64,000 nucleotides of DNA from the human T2T-CHM13v2.0 reference genome, Homo sapiens, in the NCBI RefSeq assembly GCF_009914755.1, contig NC_060948.1; one strand, 5' to 3'. The notes under the pieces were generated by a model. The model worked only from the letters and a program-made list of their open reading frames with translations, searched no databases and had not been told where the DNA came from. The position numbers and the translations under genes are program-made. Positions 62,701-64,000 of this stretch are shown in pieces. Each line of letters opens with the position of its first letter. The first letter of the stretch is position 1.

Positions 62701-64000
62701 TGGAATGGAATGGAATGGAATGGAATGGAATGGAATGGAATGGAATGGTGTGGAATGGATAGTAATGGACTGGAGTGAAATGGACTGGAAATGAATGGAT
62801 TCAAATGGAAAGGGCTCGAAAGGAATGGAGTCAAATGGAATGGTCTGGAATGGAATGAACACGAATGTAATGCAATCCAATAGAATGGAATCGAATGGCA
62901 TGGAATATAAAGAAATGGAATCGAAGAGAATGGAAACAAATGGAATGGAATTGAATGGAATGGAATTGAATGGAATGGGAACGAATGGAGTGAAATTGTA
63001 TGCAGTAGAAGAGAATAGAATGGAATGCAAGCGAAAGGAAAGGAATGGATTGGAATGGAATGGAATTCATTGGAATGGAAGGGAATGTAGTGTAATGGAC
63101 AGGCCTGGAATAAAGTGGAATGCTACGGTCTCGAATGGAATAAAAATGTATGGAATGGAATGCAATGAAACGGAATCGAATGTCATAGAATGTAATGGAA
63201 TGCAAAAAAATGTACTCCAAAATCATTGACTGGAAAGGCTGGGTGTCGAAAGGAATTGACTCCAATGGAATGGAATCGAATGGAATGGAAGTGAATAGAA
63301 TCGAACTAAATCGAATGGAATGGAATTGATAGGAACGGAATGGAAAGGAATGCAATGATTTGGCATGGAATGGAAACGAATGGTATCTAACGGAATGGAA
63401 TGTAATGTAATGGAATGGAATGTATTAGAATGTAATGAACTTTAATGGAATGTACTCGAATGGATTCGACTGGAATGGAATGTTCTCGAAGTGAATGGAC
63501 TCCAATGGAATGGATTCAAACGGAATGGAATCGTACAGAATGGAATCTAATGGAATGGAATTAAATGGAAATGAATCAAATTGAATAGCACGGAATTGAA
63601 TTGAATGGAATGGAATGCAATGGAATCTAATGAAACGGAAAGGAAAGGAATGGAATGGAATGGAATGGGCTGGAATGGAAAGGAATCGAAACGAATGGAA
63701 TGGAATCGAACTGAAGAGACTGGAATGGAATGCACTGGAATGGAAGGGAGTGTAATGGAAGGTTCTCGAAAAAAATGGAATCGAATGGAATGGAATTGAA
63801 TGGAACGGAATAGAGTCGAATGGAATTGAATGGAATGGAATGGACTAGAGTGAAATGGAATCGAACCACAAGGAATGGACAGGAATAGAATGGTCTCGAA
63901 TTGAATGGAATCGTATGGAATGGCATCAAACGGAATGGAATGGACAGCCACGGAATGGAATGCACTCGAATGCAATGGAGTCGAAACTAATGGACTGGAA

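Larger units (their letters stand above)
15751..64000 (+). repeat. DYZ1: DYZ1 / HSat3 array: ~3.55-kb units of degenerate (GGAAT)n, GGAAT on the + strand throughout
   Basis: The landmark GACAGGCCTGG (HaeIII/StuI) has its GGCC at 20615, 24163, 27707, 31221, 34750, 38304, 41818, 45352, 48901, 52455, 55994, 59533 and 63102. A conserved EcoRI site lies ~40 bp upstream (e.g. 20576). This matches the known ~3.56-kb HaeIII/EcoRI Y repeat adjacent to DYZ2. Confidence 0.96.

Noticed and set aside
15802-63975. Hundreds of ORFs rich in MEWNG (+) or FHSIP (-), up to 310 aa
   Set aside because: These are the translations of (GGAAT)n and (ATTCC)n, which lack stop codons in all frames. They overlap in multiple frames and strands, have no domain-like content, and open or close with single-base variants.
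15751-64000. Inversion or strand switch within the HSat3 array, or an embedded unique/TE insertion
   Set aside because: GGAAT stays on the + strand and the landmarks recur in the same order at the expected spacing. I saw no foreign segment by eye, though very short insertions could be missed.
15751-64000. HSat2, alpha satellite/CENP-B boxes, or telomeric repeats
   Set aside because: There is no CATTCGATTC-dominated HSat2 pattern, no 171-bp monomer and no TTAGGG tract. The 3.55-kb period next to DYZ2 fits HSat3/DYZ1.

Overview
This window is entirely tandem satellite DNA. Its organisation matches human Yq12 heterochromatin at a DYZ2-to-DYZ1 array boundary; this is recognised from repeat structure, not from a database search. 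Positions 1-15750 are about 2.4-kb DYZ2 (HSat1B) composite units, each with a minus-strand Alu, an HSATI-type segment and a long AT-rich tract. There are six Alu-bearing units plus one unit that has lost its Alu and HSATI through a ~1.12-kb deletion, and divergence rises toward the boundary. At 15750/15751 the sequence switches abruptly to a (GGAAT)n-derived HSat3 array of ~3.55-kb DYZ1 units, about 13.8 copies, running to the window end. No protein-coding gene, RNA gene or CRISPR array is supported; all listed ORFs are by-products of the repeats. I cannot establish a wholly new biological system. The most interesting signals are: (i) three perfect in-phase heat-shock elements built into nearly every DYZ1 unit; (ii) unit lengths quantised in 5-bp steps; (iii) a mosaic of shared variants showing 1-, 2- and 3-unit copying and a younger subfamily nested between older-type units; and (iv) deletions and divergence concentrated at the array edge.
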